63,562 nucleotides of DNA, filler included, from Octopus bimaculoides (GCF_001194135.2; 5 parts of 4 records of this genome joined end to end with filler, not necessarily neighbours in it), one strand, 5' to 3'. Positions 40,090 to 53,614 are shown, counted from the first letter of the whole stretch. The notes: generated by a model from the sequence alone, not told the origin. A program made the numbers and translations.

Positions 40090-40091
<2 letters not shown>

Positions 40092-41171
40092 ATATGGACC
40101 GCCGAAAAACAAAATAACGTTATGTCCCTATTCCACGAGCTGGGTTTGAAACCGTTTCTAGTTGGTCAGGGCATTGGTATTTCCTTTGTCCTGTCAACAA
40201 GCACAGCTATTTTTAGCGTAGAAAAACAAGTTAGGAACTGTACTAAACTGACCCAGCTTTGGAAGGGGTATCGTAGCACTGTTGGGTACGGTATCTGTCA
40301 TAAATAATAGAGAGCATAGATTTGGGAATGGCAGTTGGTGTAAATGCGAGTTCGGTATGAAGGCCAGCAGCCAGTAGAGAAGCGAGATGGACAGAGCAGT
40401 TGGTGTACAGTAGTTGGTATCAAGGCGATCAGTGGATGAAGAACGCAGTTGGTGTAAACGCGTTCGGTGTGAAGGCCAGCAGCCAGTGGAGAAGCAAGAT
40501 GAACAGAGAAGCTGACAGAAAGAGAGGCTATTGTCAGAAGGTACCAGTCAGCAGAAATGGATAGAGTCTGAGAGAGAGAGGGACAGAGAGATGGAACTGT
40601 TGTGGCAGGCAAAAGATTGTAGTAGACTACGTTGGTCAGTTCTTGGATTGTAGTGGGAGATTTGAATTGGTTACGGTAAAAGTTTGTGTATATATTTTTA
40701 AAGAAAAATGTACTTTGTTGTTACATGTTTTAAAAGAAAAAGAACTTTGTTAACTCTTGTTAACTGTGATGTTAACTGGCAGAAAAGAAAAGAGAGAACT
40801 TTGTTGTTACATGTTGTTCAAAGAAAAGAAAAACAAAGAAGTAAAAGAACTTTTTAATTGACTCTCGATACACAAACTTTGATTGTAAACTTATGATTAT
40901 GTGAAATGATTGTAGACTTTGTAATTGTTCTGAAACTATTGTTAAATGTTACATGTTATTTCAGAAGCAAGTACTATGAATTATTGTTATGCAATGTTGT
41001 TTTGTTTTGTATTGATGATGTAAAAAAAAGTTAGTTTCACTACCCAACGTATGGTCCATGTTATTTCTTCCTTGCCTGTTGTCATCGTTAGGTGCTCCGG
41101 CTGGGCTTAGTCGTGGCGAACATCTTGACTCACTGAGCGTCGACGTTCGCTCCGCGCGAGCGTTCGTAACA
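40090..41171. mobile_element. Solo LTR (probably Gypsy-type), 1082 bp
   Basis: Begins TGATATGG and ends GTTCGTAACA. Flanked by ATAT on both sides inside a (TA)n run; contains an internal ~65-bp direct repeat (near 40331 and 40446); non-coding. Confidence 0.65.
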
Positions 41172-41221
41172 ATATATATACACACAAAGATATATATGTG
41201 TGTGTGTGAATATATATGTGA

Positions 41222-41307
<86 letters not shown>

Positions 41308-41320
41308 ACCGTTGACTGAA

Positions 41321-41354
<34 letters not shown>

Positions 41355-41359
<5 letters not shown>

Positions 41360-42545
41360 GTTTATATTTTCAGTCTTAGTCTTGCACAGGCTATATTTGT
41401 TGTTTGTCAACCTTTTCCACCTCTTATGGTGTTGGTACTTGGTGGGTATCTCTTGTTGTTGAATTGCATGGAGGTAGCCTTCAAAATGGCATGTCATAAA
41501 CTTGTCGGTACTCCATTCCAAGCTTTTCAGATGATCAATCCTTTTTATGATTTGTGTTTTTCATGCAAGTACCCATGTACTATCTTCTTTGTGAACTGGT
41601 CCATTCATTTTTTAATTTTGTTCTTCTGATGAATAGATATTACCAATGCTCCTTGAGGAGAGATCTGTATCAACTTGCTCTTATTTCATCCCTCTCCTTT
41701 AAGTTCATTAGCTATCCTAATTATGTTTTATTCTTTTACTTGTTCAGTCATTTGACTGCAGCCACGCTGGAGCACCACCTTGTAGGGTTTTAGTGAAACA
41801 GATCAGCTCAAGGACTTATCTCCTATGCCTGGTACTTATTCTATCAGTCTCTTTTGCTGTACACAAGTTGTCAAGTGGTATCAAATACACACATAAAAAC
41901 ATACATACATATATATGTGTGTGTGTGTGTATAAATATACAATGGGTTTCTTTCAGTTCCTGTCTACCAAATCCACTCACAAGGCTTTGGTTGACCCAAG
42001 GCTATAACAGAAGACACTTGCCCAAAATGCTACAAAATGGGACACTGATCTCAGAACCGTGTGATTGGGAAGCAAGCTTCTTACCACACACCCATGCCCA
42101 TGCCTATTGATTTCATGGTCACAAATTTGGGCAAGATAATTACTGGTCTCTTTCCTCTGCTGCAGATGTTTCAGTGTCATAATACATGTTTCATTCAGCT
42201 TCAATACAGATTTGAGACCATGAGTACCATCTTCGTGTGGTGAATATATCCTGTCTACATCTCCTTTGATGTTAAGGTTTCCTGTAACACTGAGAGCAGT
42301 TTGTGAGTTTGAACATCTATCTCATTGAGGTCTTGTAGAGACCTGTTCAGAAGACCAAACATAAATATGAGGGTAGGCACTGTAATGTGGTAATATGTTG
42401 GTAATATGCTTGTAGTAAGCTGAGAGTTCTGATGACCATATTCTCTTTGTTTGCTCAAGGTATTCATTTCTGGTCCTCTCCTTGTTTTTGTGTTCCCCAT
42501 ATCTGACATTCTCAACTTATCCACGATACCTATAATTGTCACCTG
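41355..42545 (-). mobile_element. R4/Dong-like (RLE) non-LTR retrotransposon fragments interrupted by a SINE
   Basis: ITVPTLIFMFGLLN.SLQDLNEIDVQTHKLL (post-RT) and SHFEGYLHAIQ.QEIPTKY...SLCKTKTENINQI (decayed CCHC region). Confidence 0.65.
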
Positions 42546-42646
42546 ACTATTGAGGTTGTATTGTCAAGTTGTTTATTTTTAGGTTTTCATAGGAGGGCAG
42601 AACTTTTCCACATTTTATTATCAAAAATGTACATTTGGACTCACCA

Positions 42647-42734
<88 letters not shown>

Positions 42735-42880
42735 CTATCATCAACATGAGCACAACTACCAACAGCAACAGAAGTATATAGTATGAAGTAGATAAGCAAA
42801 TCTATTTCAAATAAAAACATATGTGGTATCCTAGTGCATTTTAAAAGTTGCATGAGATTTCTTTGATCTTAGGTCTATGA

Positions 42881-45800
42881 TAGGGTTGCCAGATTAGAAA
42901 ATTAGATATACTGGACACTCTTAAAATCTCTCTGTACATATATATAAATTTATACATGCCTACACACCTAGAACAATATATCATATAAAAAGTAGAGACA
43001 TAAGTTAAAAACGTAATGCATTTATTTAAATGGGTTGTGAGAAGAACAAGTAAAATAAAATCATTTCATAATTATTTAATACAAGCTTAAAAAAATAAAC
43101 TGTTAAAGTGAAATAATTTGAAAATATCTCTTTAATACAGACAAAAGAGAAATAAGTAAAAAAAAATCTGTTAAATTGAAATAATTGTAAATTATTTTAT
43201 TTAATGACAAATAGATTCAATATAGAAAAATATCTTTTAGTGTGAAAGCATTTGAATATTATTATTTAATTCAGGCAATATAGATAACTAAAAGAAATAC
43301 TGAGAAAGTTAAATCATTGCAAAATTCTTATTCAAGAGAGACAATAGAAAAACTTAGAAAATTATTATTTAATGCAAACAATACAGAAAATGGACTAAAA
43401 AGTTGTGTTTCATATGGAGAACATGAAAAGAAACAAAACTGATAAACTTATATGCAAAATTTTAACAGACCACACAAGAATTAAACTTGAACCTTTACCT
43501 TTAGTTGTATTTTACTGATGATTTGGCTTTTGTTACCAGGTAGCTTGTTTTCTAACACATGCCTATAAAATTCTTTATATTGACAGGTAAGGTTGCATGT
43601 GCATTGTAAGATAGCCTCAACAGTAGCCACATCCAACTTATTTTGTTTTACAGTCCACTGAACATTCATATCAAGAAGACATCTCCAACATTAGCATTAT
43701 GCACTGGTATGCTAAATAAGAACTGGCATGAGATTAACAACTCGGAGTATTGTTCTTGAAATTCAATTTGCAGAAGGATAGAAAACCATCTTTCATGGCA
43801 CAGTTTGGTCTTCCATTCATCAGGTTTGATCAGCATCTTTTTAGCAAGGAGTTTTTTTATATGTTGACCACTGTTGTCATTAATTCTTATACCTATGTTT
43901 TTTAACACTAGACAAGATGATTCAACATGTTCCCATGCTGGAACTGGATCTAATAACATCCATGTAAAATTATCAAAATTTTCAAAACATGAAACCCACT
44001 TCTCAAGATAGTCATGGCAAGTGTTGTATTAGTTATCCACTTCAAGTAGAAATTTCTTTTTCTTTTCAGATTTGACATTCTCATTATTAAGGCAATCCTT
44101 CACACTGAGAGGAATAAACTTTTCATTAATTCTTTTCTTTATAACTGCAATGAGTTCTTTTAAACAGTCAAGCACTTGAATAATGCTGTTTTCTCTCTAT
44201 TGTATCTTGTTGCTAAAAATATATTCAAAACTGTGAACAAGATATAAGTAGCCTTCACTCAGCGGATTATTGAAGAATTCTACAAGAATTTAGGAGACCT
44301 TTTCTTCAGAATCAAAAAAAGATTTCAGTGCTTTAAATAACCTTACGATTCTCTCAACTGCTCTCATCAAAGAAAGCCAATGAGTTTTAGAATGTGAGAG
44401 AATTGAGGCATACTGCACACCAACAAACTTGCAGAAGTCTTTCAACTTCTCAGATCAAACAGTATAAATACTAAAGTATGAAAACAATTTAACAACAATT
44501 ACTTCAACATCAACAAAAATAATATTGGCCACGGTATGAGCGGCATTGTGCAGAATATGGGCTGGACATCCAACACCTTCCATCGATTCATTCATGCTTT
44601 CCTTGAACTTAGAATAGACATTACAGTAATCTCTCGCCATATCACGGTTCACCTATCATGGTTTATTGTTTAAGCTTACGTTGATTCCTCTGTGGTGTTG
44701 TTTCGCATTTATTATAAAATAAATATATACAAATTATTAAAATAATTAAAAAAGTATACAGTACAGTACTGTTTCTACTTCACGGATTTTCACCAATCGT
44801 GGGGGGTGGGGGGTTAGAACATAACGCCCACAATAGGCAAGGGATTACTGTATTTGTGCCTATGCTCAAACGTCCTGCAAAATTAGTTTTTGTGTTAACT
44901 CCACCAAAAGCTATACATTTCTTCATGTCCAGTCCTAACTTGATGAGGCTTTCTCAGCAGAAGCTTGCTATTGTTTCTGAGGTCTTATTTGGGAGGGATC
45001 TTGCAATAACTTTATCAACAAACCCTTTTCATGTGAAAAACATTGCATAATCAATGGGAAAATTTTCTCAGCATTGTGATTATTTGCATCTGTAGATATG
45101 CCATAAGAAGAGTTATTTATATCTTTAACAATCTCCGCAATAGCATATGGAGCCACAACATTTTTATCATTACAGTACATTTAATCCTAGCACTTGAAAA
45201 TTTGCATGCTAGTTTAGAATCAGGAAATACTGTTGGTAGTAGTACATTCGTAGTCATTTGAATTGAATGACTGATGATGACGGGCAATATGAAATGCCAT
45301 TGTAACTTCTGTGGCTATTATTTTACTTTCTTCATCTGCGTTTTTCTTGATCAAGAAGTTTGTTATTTTACCAGCTTCTTTTGAAGTAAAGGCAACGCTA
45401 CTTTTGTGTTTTACTGTTTCTATGTGTTGCTTGATATCAGACTTCCAGCCATGTTCAATACTGAAAGTGCAATTACATACACCATAGTTTGCTTCAAAAC
45501 AGCTTCTGCCTTGTTTGATAAATGTCCATTTGTTGGAATATCCATCATGAAATTTACACTTATGTTTTGGCATCTGGCGATGGATGGATTAGTTTTTAAG
45601 TTAAAAAAAAATTTGGCTGTGGCAAGTAGTAACAACACATTTTGTTGACAGTATCAAGTTGCAGACACATCAGTTTTGTGTAAACTTTTAGCAACACTAG
45701 TTTCTTCATTACATTTAGGTTATTTTCATCAAGAGAATATGAAAAAAGAAAGCATAATTACTTATAAAGTTACAACTAAGAACCATGAGAAGCTAGTAAA

Positions 45801-45934
45801 AGTATATCTTAATTAAGAGATTTGAAAATGAACTAGATATGGGACATGTGTCCCTGAAAGGTCAGTACAGGACAGGGGACAAAATTATCAAATATGGGAC
45901 ATGTCCCATATATAAAAGATATCTGGCAACCATT
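42881..45934 (-). mobile_element. hAT DNA transposon (Blackjack-like), decayed transposase
   Basis: TIRs TAGGGTTGCCAGAT / ATCTGGCAACCATT; 8-bp TSD gtctatga / atctatga; subterminal GGGAC/GTCCC repeats. Transposase remnants: MPKHKCKF...CTFSIEHG.KSDIKQH...KH, STDANNH..K.FPL, GCPAHILHNAA. Confidence 0.85.
44650..44850 (+). mobile_element. Tigger/pogo-type 3' end fragment inserted in the hAT element
   Basis: Ends CGGATTTTCACCAATCG...GGGATTACTG|TA, a Tigger-like TIR followed by TA, and interrupts the hAT coding remnant. Confidence 0.6.
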
Positions 45935-46102
45935 ATCTATGAGGATTGACTAAACAGACACAAAACAATTAGTAAGAACAATATAATCCCTACAATACCC
46001 AACCATTGTCTTTAGCTTCTAAACCAAGCCACCCCATCATCCCCACTATGAATCCAACTATTTAATCCAACTGGCAACAACAAATATCAGCAACTACACC
46101 AA

Positions 46103-46140
<38 letters not shown>

Positions 46141-46379
46141 CATGCATGCATGAGTATGTGTGTATTTATGTGTTGAGTCAGACGTGCAAGAGGCAGAGCA
46201 TCTAACTACAACCGTATAGTCCTTTTGCTTCCTCAAGCATTCACCTTTTCATCTCCTTTTCAATTATTGCATCAATAGGAATAAGATAATTTTCTACTCT
46301 CACAAATCAAATCTTTCTGAGGAAAATTTTTCCTACTACATATTTGTTGTGGATAGTTAATCACCGCTACTATTAGATT

Positions 46380-46935
46380 CTCCCTCAATATATGATGTCT
46401 GAAAAGAAGCTATCAAGTAGACCTGAAGGCAGTGATGCAAAAAAGAACTATAAGAGGATTACACTGGATATTAAGCTTGATGTTCTAAAAAGACTTGATA
46501 CAGAGATAAAACTAAGTTATATTGCCAAAACATTAAATCTTGCAATGTCTACAGTGAGAACAATACATGACAATAAAGAAAATTATGCCAAGCGTTCAAG
46601 AAGCTATTCCATTAACTATTCGGACCTTATTTTTCCATAGATCTAATATAATAATGCTTAAAAGGTAATTACTTTTGAGTGTATAGATTGAGGATCAGAA
46701 TCAGTGTAATGTGCCAACAAACTTGATGGTAATTTATAAATGAGCCAAAAGTTTATATGACGATTTGCAGAAAAAGGAAGGTGAGACTTCTAATGAAAAA
46801 TCCCTTTTTGGGTAGTAAAGGCTAGTGAGGGCTTTCAAGGGTTACACAAAGTTTAATTTTACCTGATTTGGCATTCAAATAAGAAGGCATGGATGACTAA
46901 AGAGCCTTTTCAAAGGGTGGTTTACAAATGTTCTT
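46380..46935 (+). mobile_element. Tigger/pogo transposase remnant
   Basis: CENP-B-like HTH (KRITLDIKLDVLKRL...IAKTLNLAMSTVRTI) followed by a decayed AWMTKE.F.GWFTNV DDE segment. Confidence 0.75.
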
Positions 46936-48684
46936 TTGTCTTGTCATAGGAAGTTACAGTGCCAGACAATATATTTCCAACAAAGAATTGTCTTGTAGGT
47001 TAGAAAAACCTACCAGAAATAAATCACAAAAGCTACTAGATGAGTTGGAAATGAAACAACTGAGATATACAAACAAATTGTGGGATAATATAAAACAAGT
47101 GGTAATGAATGAACAATTTGATGAATCCAGGTTATTAAAACTGCTGCTAACAAGTTGTGACAACAGTGACACTAGAATAGTAGGAAAAAAGTTGTTCAGT
47201 GGTGAACAATTATGGTTCTGGAAGCGTCAATCGGTCAGAAGGTAAAGGAAGTAAAAATTTCACTTTTCTGAAGGCTGAGAAGCAGAAACTGCTGCAATAT
47301 ATTTTTGAAAAATTGCATGTAAAGTGGGGCCAAACAAATAGCATGGGAAAAGAGGGAACCACAATACAAAGAAACAGTAATTCTTTACCACAACCACTAC
47401 TATTTAATAAACTTTATGAGTTTTGTAAAGTCATCTTTTTGAGGTATATGCATCCTTCAATAATTATACGGGCTATTTCTTTGAAGGAAAGAGTAAATGT
47501 AGAATAATACAAAATGTTTTTCAAAGACCTATATGCTTTTCTTATTGACTCATTTCCATGATTAAAAAATAAACACCTTCAGAGTCCAATGGAGACCAGT
47601 ATTACACTAACTTTAGAGATGCTCTTGATTACAGCTGAGAAATAATTGAGCTAGATGATTGTTTTGAATTGGATCTCTGGATCAATCAGGGCTGGAAGAC
47701 TATCATAAATAATACAATATATTTGAACCAATCTCTCATGCAAAATTAGTCAAAATGCCAACCTTGTTGACACAATCAGGAGATTGTGGATTTCCAGTAA
47801 TCCTGATGCTGGCATAGAAAAAAAAAAATAGCAAAAAAAAAATGTTGTATACAAGGGCATTCAAACCGTTAATACAATAAAAATATGGCAGAAATTGAAA
47901 TTGATGATGATGAAAGCTTACTTCCATATTTAACATCTGAGTGATTATTATAATGTCATTGTTGAACTCAATGTCTTTTACCTCTGGCTATTTTTGTAGG
48001 ACATGGGTGGTATTTTTCTAAAATATAGGCTTTCTTGGTACATATTAAGGAATGTTAGATTTTTTTTGTTGCAGAGCAAGTATTTAAGCTAGTTGGGATA
48101 TTATATGCAAAACTGCTTTCTTGAGTTAAAGTGATTGCTTCATACACATTTTATACCTACCTAGCTGGACTGGGGAAATATGTGCAACATCCATCTCGTC
48201 TCATTTCTGGAAGCATGTTTTCAAAATTTTGAAATTTAAATTTGGAGATGAAGACAAGTGGATACAAAACTTTTTATATGTTACACCTTTCGTGAGGTCT
48301 TGGTTTCTATTAAATAATGTTTTTTGGCTCCAGGAGATTTCTCAGTATTTTCTAAATGGATGTTTTTTGATGCATTTCTCAGATAAAGTACCCAAGTTCA
48401 GTATTGGTTGAATCAGTTTAATTTTTTGAGATATTAAATACAAACTCAAACTTTTTGAAATTCTGAAGTACTCTAGTCACAAGTTAAATTTTCTCACATA
48501 TATCTTTACATTTTTGCCTTGTATTTTTAAAACTGGAAAAGTCCTACTATTTGTTTGAAAGCTTTTACTGTAGGCTTACAAAATAATATATGGTTCAATA
48601 TTAGGACTCACCCAGTTTTCAAGTTATTTTTACATTTGAGCCTAAATATCATTCCTAAAAATGAACAATTTTCCTGATTTCTTG

Positions 48685-49475
48685 GCAGATAAGAAAGCAG
48701 ATAAGACTCTTTTTCCATCAGGTAAATGGCCCTGATCAATGTGCAGGAAATAATTCCATTTGCTGCACCCAGTGTAAGCAATGGACACATAAGAGATGCA
48801 GTGGAATTACAGGTAGGTTAATAGATGCCACTTTCGTGTCTGGCAGATTTGCAGGAGCAATAAGCACAAAGAGCACACGGGACTTGGACTATCTCAAATG
48901 ACCAAGAGCCTCTTTTGAGGTGGTGGATGCACTGAAAGCATTGTTTCTAAAATAATAGGATGGAGGAAGCTCAGACAACTATTACCTCTGTTGGCAACAA
49001 AAGGATTCTCTCTCAGAGTGAATGGTAGATTGTATGATGCTTGTGTACAAATGGCTATATTCCATGGTAGTGAGGCATGGTCTCTGAACGTAGAGGGCAT
49101 GCATAGACTGGAGAGGAATTAAGGTAGTAAGCTCTGTTGGATTTGCAACATCAGTGTGCATAGCTGATAAAGCTTAAATGTACTGAGAGAAAAGTTAGGC
49201 ATAAGAAGGATTAAATGTGGCATGCAGGAGAGGAGAATGTATTGGTCTGCACATGTGATGCATATGAGTAAAGACAGCTGTATACAGAAGTGCCTGTCAC
49301 TGAAAGTGGATGGTACCTGTGGAAGACCCAGGAACACATGGGATAAGTGGTGAGGACTAATCTCAGGATTTTCCTCATGGAGGAAATGACAATGGGCCAA
49401 GATGTTTGGTGATATGAGGTTCAAGAGAAGACCTACCCATGTCTGAGTGTTAGAAACGTTCTGTCCCACTCACAT
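48685..49475 (+). mobile_element. Decayed RTE LINE 3' coding fragment
   Basis: Homologous to 33560-34280 (PSGKWP...CTQCKQWTHKRCSGITGRL; LPLLATKGFSLRVNGRLYDACV). Confidence 0.8.
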
Positions 49476-49980
49476 AAATCATCAAGTTGTGATGCACACA
49501 TCGGTATATTTGATGTAAAACATTCAGATATAATCTGTTGTTATCTGCACGTATCCACAAATGATAAATAGCTTTTGATTTTTGCACAAAAACAAGTAAA
49601 TTGTTTAACTGATGGAAAAGTCAATTTATCATTTTCTGATTTGTGATTGAATGGTACAAAGCCCAGGATTGGACTCAACACTGGCATCTATCAAAACTAA
49701 CTGGGCTGACAAGCCAACTGTGAAAAGGAACAAAATGCAAAAGCTATAAGTTATATTACAATTTTCCTTGAACTCCTGAAGGCTTAGGTAATTGCCACAA
49801 CATTGAATCATTCCAATTCTTATTCAGTGCAACATGAAATCAATCATTCTGAGAATCTATAAAGTTTGATGTAAGTAATTCTTCATGAAGGGAAATGCTC
49901 AATAAAAATGATCTGTAATAAACAAAGACTGACTGTTTATTGAAGTAAACAATATTTTGACAGTATCTCTGTTTCCCTCA

Positions 49981-50705
49981 GGTTCAAAATGAAAAATATG
50001 CAGAAATACAGAAATTCAAAATTTTTACTGGAATATCCTGCATTTCTTTTTAGACAAAACAACACCATCAATTTTCGTTTTTTCATAATTGATGTTAATA
50101 ATACACAAATATATTTTTCCTCATATGAGGAAGAATTTCATTATTTAAGATGTTCTTCAAATTTGCTTTTGCTTGATGTAATATGTTCAGCAAGTTCCCA
50201 TCAAACTATTGTTATTGTGCCTGACATCATACCTATGCCCACTGACACTCATATTTAATTTTTCTGTTGTGCAACCAACATAAATCAAGTTGTTTTTGAT
50301 GCATTCCACTGTGTACTCCAAATGGGAATCCTTTCAGATCCCACCTTCTGTATAAATCATAACATTTCTGTCATAAGTTGTGGTGGGCTTGACTTGGTTC
50401 ATGTTTTTGCACAATGAACAGGGCTTATTTCTCTTACAGTTGTTTTTGGTCATACAGCATTAAGAAAATTCCAGTGGAGATTTTATTGAGATTATAGGTA
50501 CTGGTTAATAGTTCTTTTATATTTTTACTGCATGTGAATGCTACAAATAAATGGCTGATGAGGAAAGTGTTCTCTTTCCTGCTTTTATATTTTTTTTTCT
50601 TTGCTACCAGTTATGAAAAAGCAAAAAAATGAGGATGTCATTTTGTCTGAAAAGGAATATTCCAGTTCAAATTTTGAATTTCTGCATATTTTTCATTTTG
50701 AACCC
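49981..50705 (-). mobile_element. Penelope-like GIY-YIG remnant bracketed by ~110-bp inverted tails
   Basis: Minus strand reads CSLCKNM...GGI*KDSHLEYTVECIKNNLIYVGCTTEKLNMSVSGHRYDVRHNNN / ELAEH. 49981-50093 is an inverted copy of 50598-50705. Confidence 0.75.
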
Positions 50706-50965
50706 AAGGAAGATAGACATTCTGTTATAATATTGTCCAGTTCAATAAACAGAGTCAATCTCTATTTACTACAAATTGTATTGCACTCTTCTTATTGTGT
50801 ATGTTCTTTTATGAAGTGTTTCATCAATTTTCATAAATTAACAACATCATCATCATCACCCTCCTCCTCCTCCTCGAGATTATAAAACATCTTGCGCATT
50901 TTTAGTGTCTGAACAAACCCTACAAATCAATATACATCACTTTACATAATTAAAGAAAAACATAC

Positions 50966-52510
50966 TTTGGATAGAAAGCATTGCTACTTACAGATGATAA
51001 AGAACTGAAGCCTGTAGTATTCTCTTGAGGTTTACATAGTGCTTCTTCAGCACGGCTTAAAGATCCACTTAAAAGATCTCTTAGTCTTTTAAGTAATTTA
51101 TGCATCCCCATTTTCTTCAAACCATGATCAACATAATCGTGATAAAATGAGGATTTTGAACCACTCTCCCCACCTGTGTCAATTTCATAACATATATGAG
51201 AATAACTCTGGTATGAGGAGCTACGAGAAATTTTTGAGCTGCGTGATGCAGACAATTTTGTAGCAGGTGAAGTAATTAATGAAGACTGATCACTGTCGTT
51301 TAGATCAAATTTGAATTCTGGCTGTGAAAAAGTTGATTTACCTGAATCACAGATAAGGGACAGTTGCGAAAATGAATTAAAAGCATAATCTTCACATGAT
51401 TTTTCATCTCTTTGATTAAAATAAGAATCTGTTTCACTATTTGGTAGTTGTGACCATGCACTCTCATACCTTCCAAGTAACAAATTATCTATTTCCCTAT
51501 AATTTTCAAACCAAGGCCAGTCTTTACGCTTCTGCACATTTTGTTGTAAGACACAACCAAGCAGACGAATTTTATGGGACAGTTCTTGAGTAATATTCAA
51601 CCACAAACAAAGAGATTTCACTCGATATATAAAGTGTTTCTGGTTGTACAATGGATAGACTTCACCAAGGGCTTTTGTTGTCGGAAACTGTCTCTCACAG
51701 AAATCAAGTTTATCCAAAAGCTCACTAACTTTTTTCAGAGCAAATCTTTGGGAATTCATTGTTTCTTCAGTTAATGTAAAAACATAATTACTGCTTAAGT
51801 ATGCATTTTGGAAATCAGAACTATCACAGCTAATGTCATTAATATTAGACTCTGAAAGAACAGCAGAATCATCATTATTACAGCCATTCAGTTTGAAGTT
51901 GATAATTTCATTTAGAATATCAGGAATTTTGCCCCTGTTTTGCTTGAGAATTTCCTCTTGTTCATATAAACTGACAATATTGTACCATGCTTGAATACTG
52001 AGCCAGAGTGAATCATTATTGTTTTTTAGTTGTATATTTTCTTGAGGCTTTGAATAATTACTTGTTTGATTTCCCAAACCAACTAAGAGTGAGAAGTGTT
52101 GATGAAATATTTTTAAACCCTGGTTTTTGCTGTAGTTCTGAGGATTTGGAAATAGGAATCGATTTTTCAAATGGCTTTCTTCATTTGATGAATTATAAAT
52201 TAAACGTCCTAACTGATTTGACATTAGACCATCCCTTTTGTAACTATCAGACGATATATCTGTATCTGTCAAGTCATCAGAATCATTTGGGCTGGAATAT
52301 GCAGAACTACTTTGTTCTCTGGTAATTTTTACTGGAAGTCGAGTATTTATATTCCGTTTCTTCTTTCCTCTGTGTTTTCCCAAGCGTGATTTCTTTCTTG
52401 AAGATTCAAGACTTTCAATCTCAACACTGGTGGCGAAACACTGATTTTCAAGTTCAATGGAACTCATTTTTGCTTCAGAATTATCAGCATGTTGGTTTAA
52501 TTCACTATAC
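50966..52510 (-). CDS. MAP3K4: MAP3K4/MEKK4 large N-terminal exon
   Basis: Contains the 505-aa ORF with LWLSIQAWY, IPDILNEIINFK, RVKSLCLWLNITQELSHKIRLLG and DYVDHGLKKMGMHKLLKRL..LLSGSL.RA, which match MAP3K4 N-terminal blocks. Acceptor tttacag at 52511-52517; donor AA|gtatgt at 50960-50965. Confidence 0.92.
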
Positions 52511-53317
52511 CTGTAAACATAATTTTTAAATAATGAACAGAATATTTAAGTTTAAACATTTTTTGTTAAAAACAAAATAAAGAAAATCATAATAGGAATT
52601 GAGAACACTCACAGCTCTAACACTTTGATACACATCTGACATATCAATTCATATCATGCCTGCCTCAATATAGCTCCCTATCATATCCATACACAAGATA
52701 TTAATTATATGTAACATTAAAACCAAAAATACACACAATGCTAAATTAAGTAACAAAATATATTAAAAACGTGTCTTAAGTTCACTTCTTTACCTGATAT
52801 ACATAAATTTCTTCTGTAAGTTATGATAAACAACAGTTAACACATTAATTTCAATACACATGGTGAACATCTTCCATTTTACAAATATTTAGAAACAAAA
52901 CTATGATACTAAAAGATGATACTATGATAAAGAGATGAAAACTTATTAAGAACTTTGAGGAGAGATCTAAGCAACTGAAACAGACAAGGCATTGGGTTGG
53001 ACAAATTGAAATGATGCCCATATAGATCAAATATAAATGCAATTACTTTTCTCCTGTTATACACAATCAATAGGAATTTAGTAGTACTGGAAATATAAAA
53101 ATGCATAATAAAACAATCATAGTAAAAATCTTGTATGGAAAGAGAAATCTAGAGATTATTCTTCAATACTTTTACATCAAAAACAAAAAAAAAAATATGG
53201 AGAAAACTAATTTCATGAGAATTTGCTGCCAAACTAAAAAAAAAAAATGTGAACATTATTTTGACTACTTGACAGATACTTGGGACAAAGCTCTTTAATA
53301 TATATATATCTGGAGAT

Positions 53318-53614
53318 GCCACTACGATAGATTGCTTAATAAAGAGAATGAATGGGAGGAAGAGAGCCTGCCGTATGTCGACCCAATAGAGGGACCAGCT
53401 ATCCGAGTTGATAGTACCAGGGTAGATAAAGCAATTAAGAGTATGAAGACCGGGAAAGCCCCCGGCCCATCAGGAATCACTGCAGAGATGCTCAAAATAT
53501 CTGGCAGTATTGGCTATAGCCTAGTCACCCATATTACGAACCAGGTGATACACGAAGGAGTCATACCCAATGACTGGTGTAGCAGCATCATAGTCAACTG
53601 CTACAAAGGTAAAG
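53318..53614 (+). mobile_element. RTE LINE RT fragment, cut by a gap
   Basis: Reads LLNKENEWEEESLPYVDPIEGP...GKAPGPSGITAEMLK...NCYKGK, homologous to 34840-35140. Confidence 0.85.

Noticed and set aside
48611-48653. Strong-looking ttttag|...|gtgagt 43-nt segment as the next MAP3K4 exon
   Set aside because: In the phase required by the upstream donor it hits a stop (AAT GAT ATT TAG), and it has no MAP3K4 similarity.
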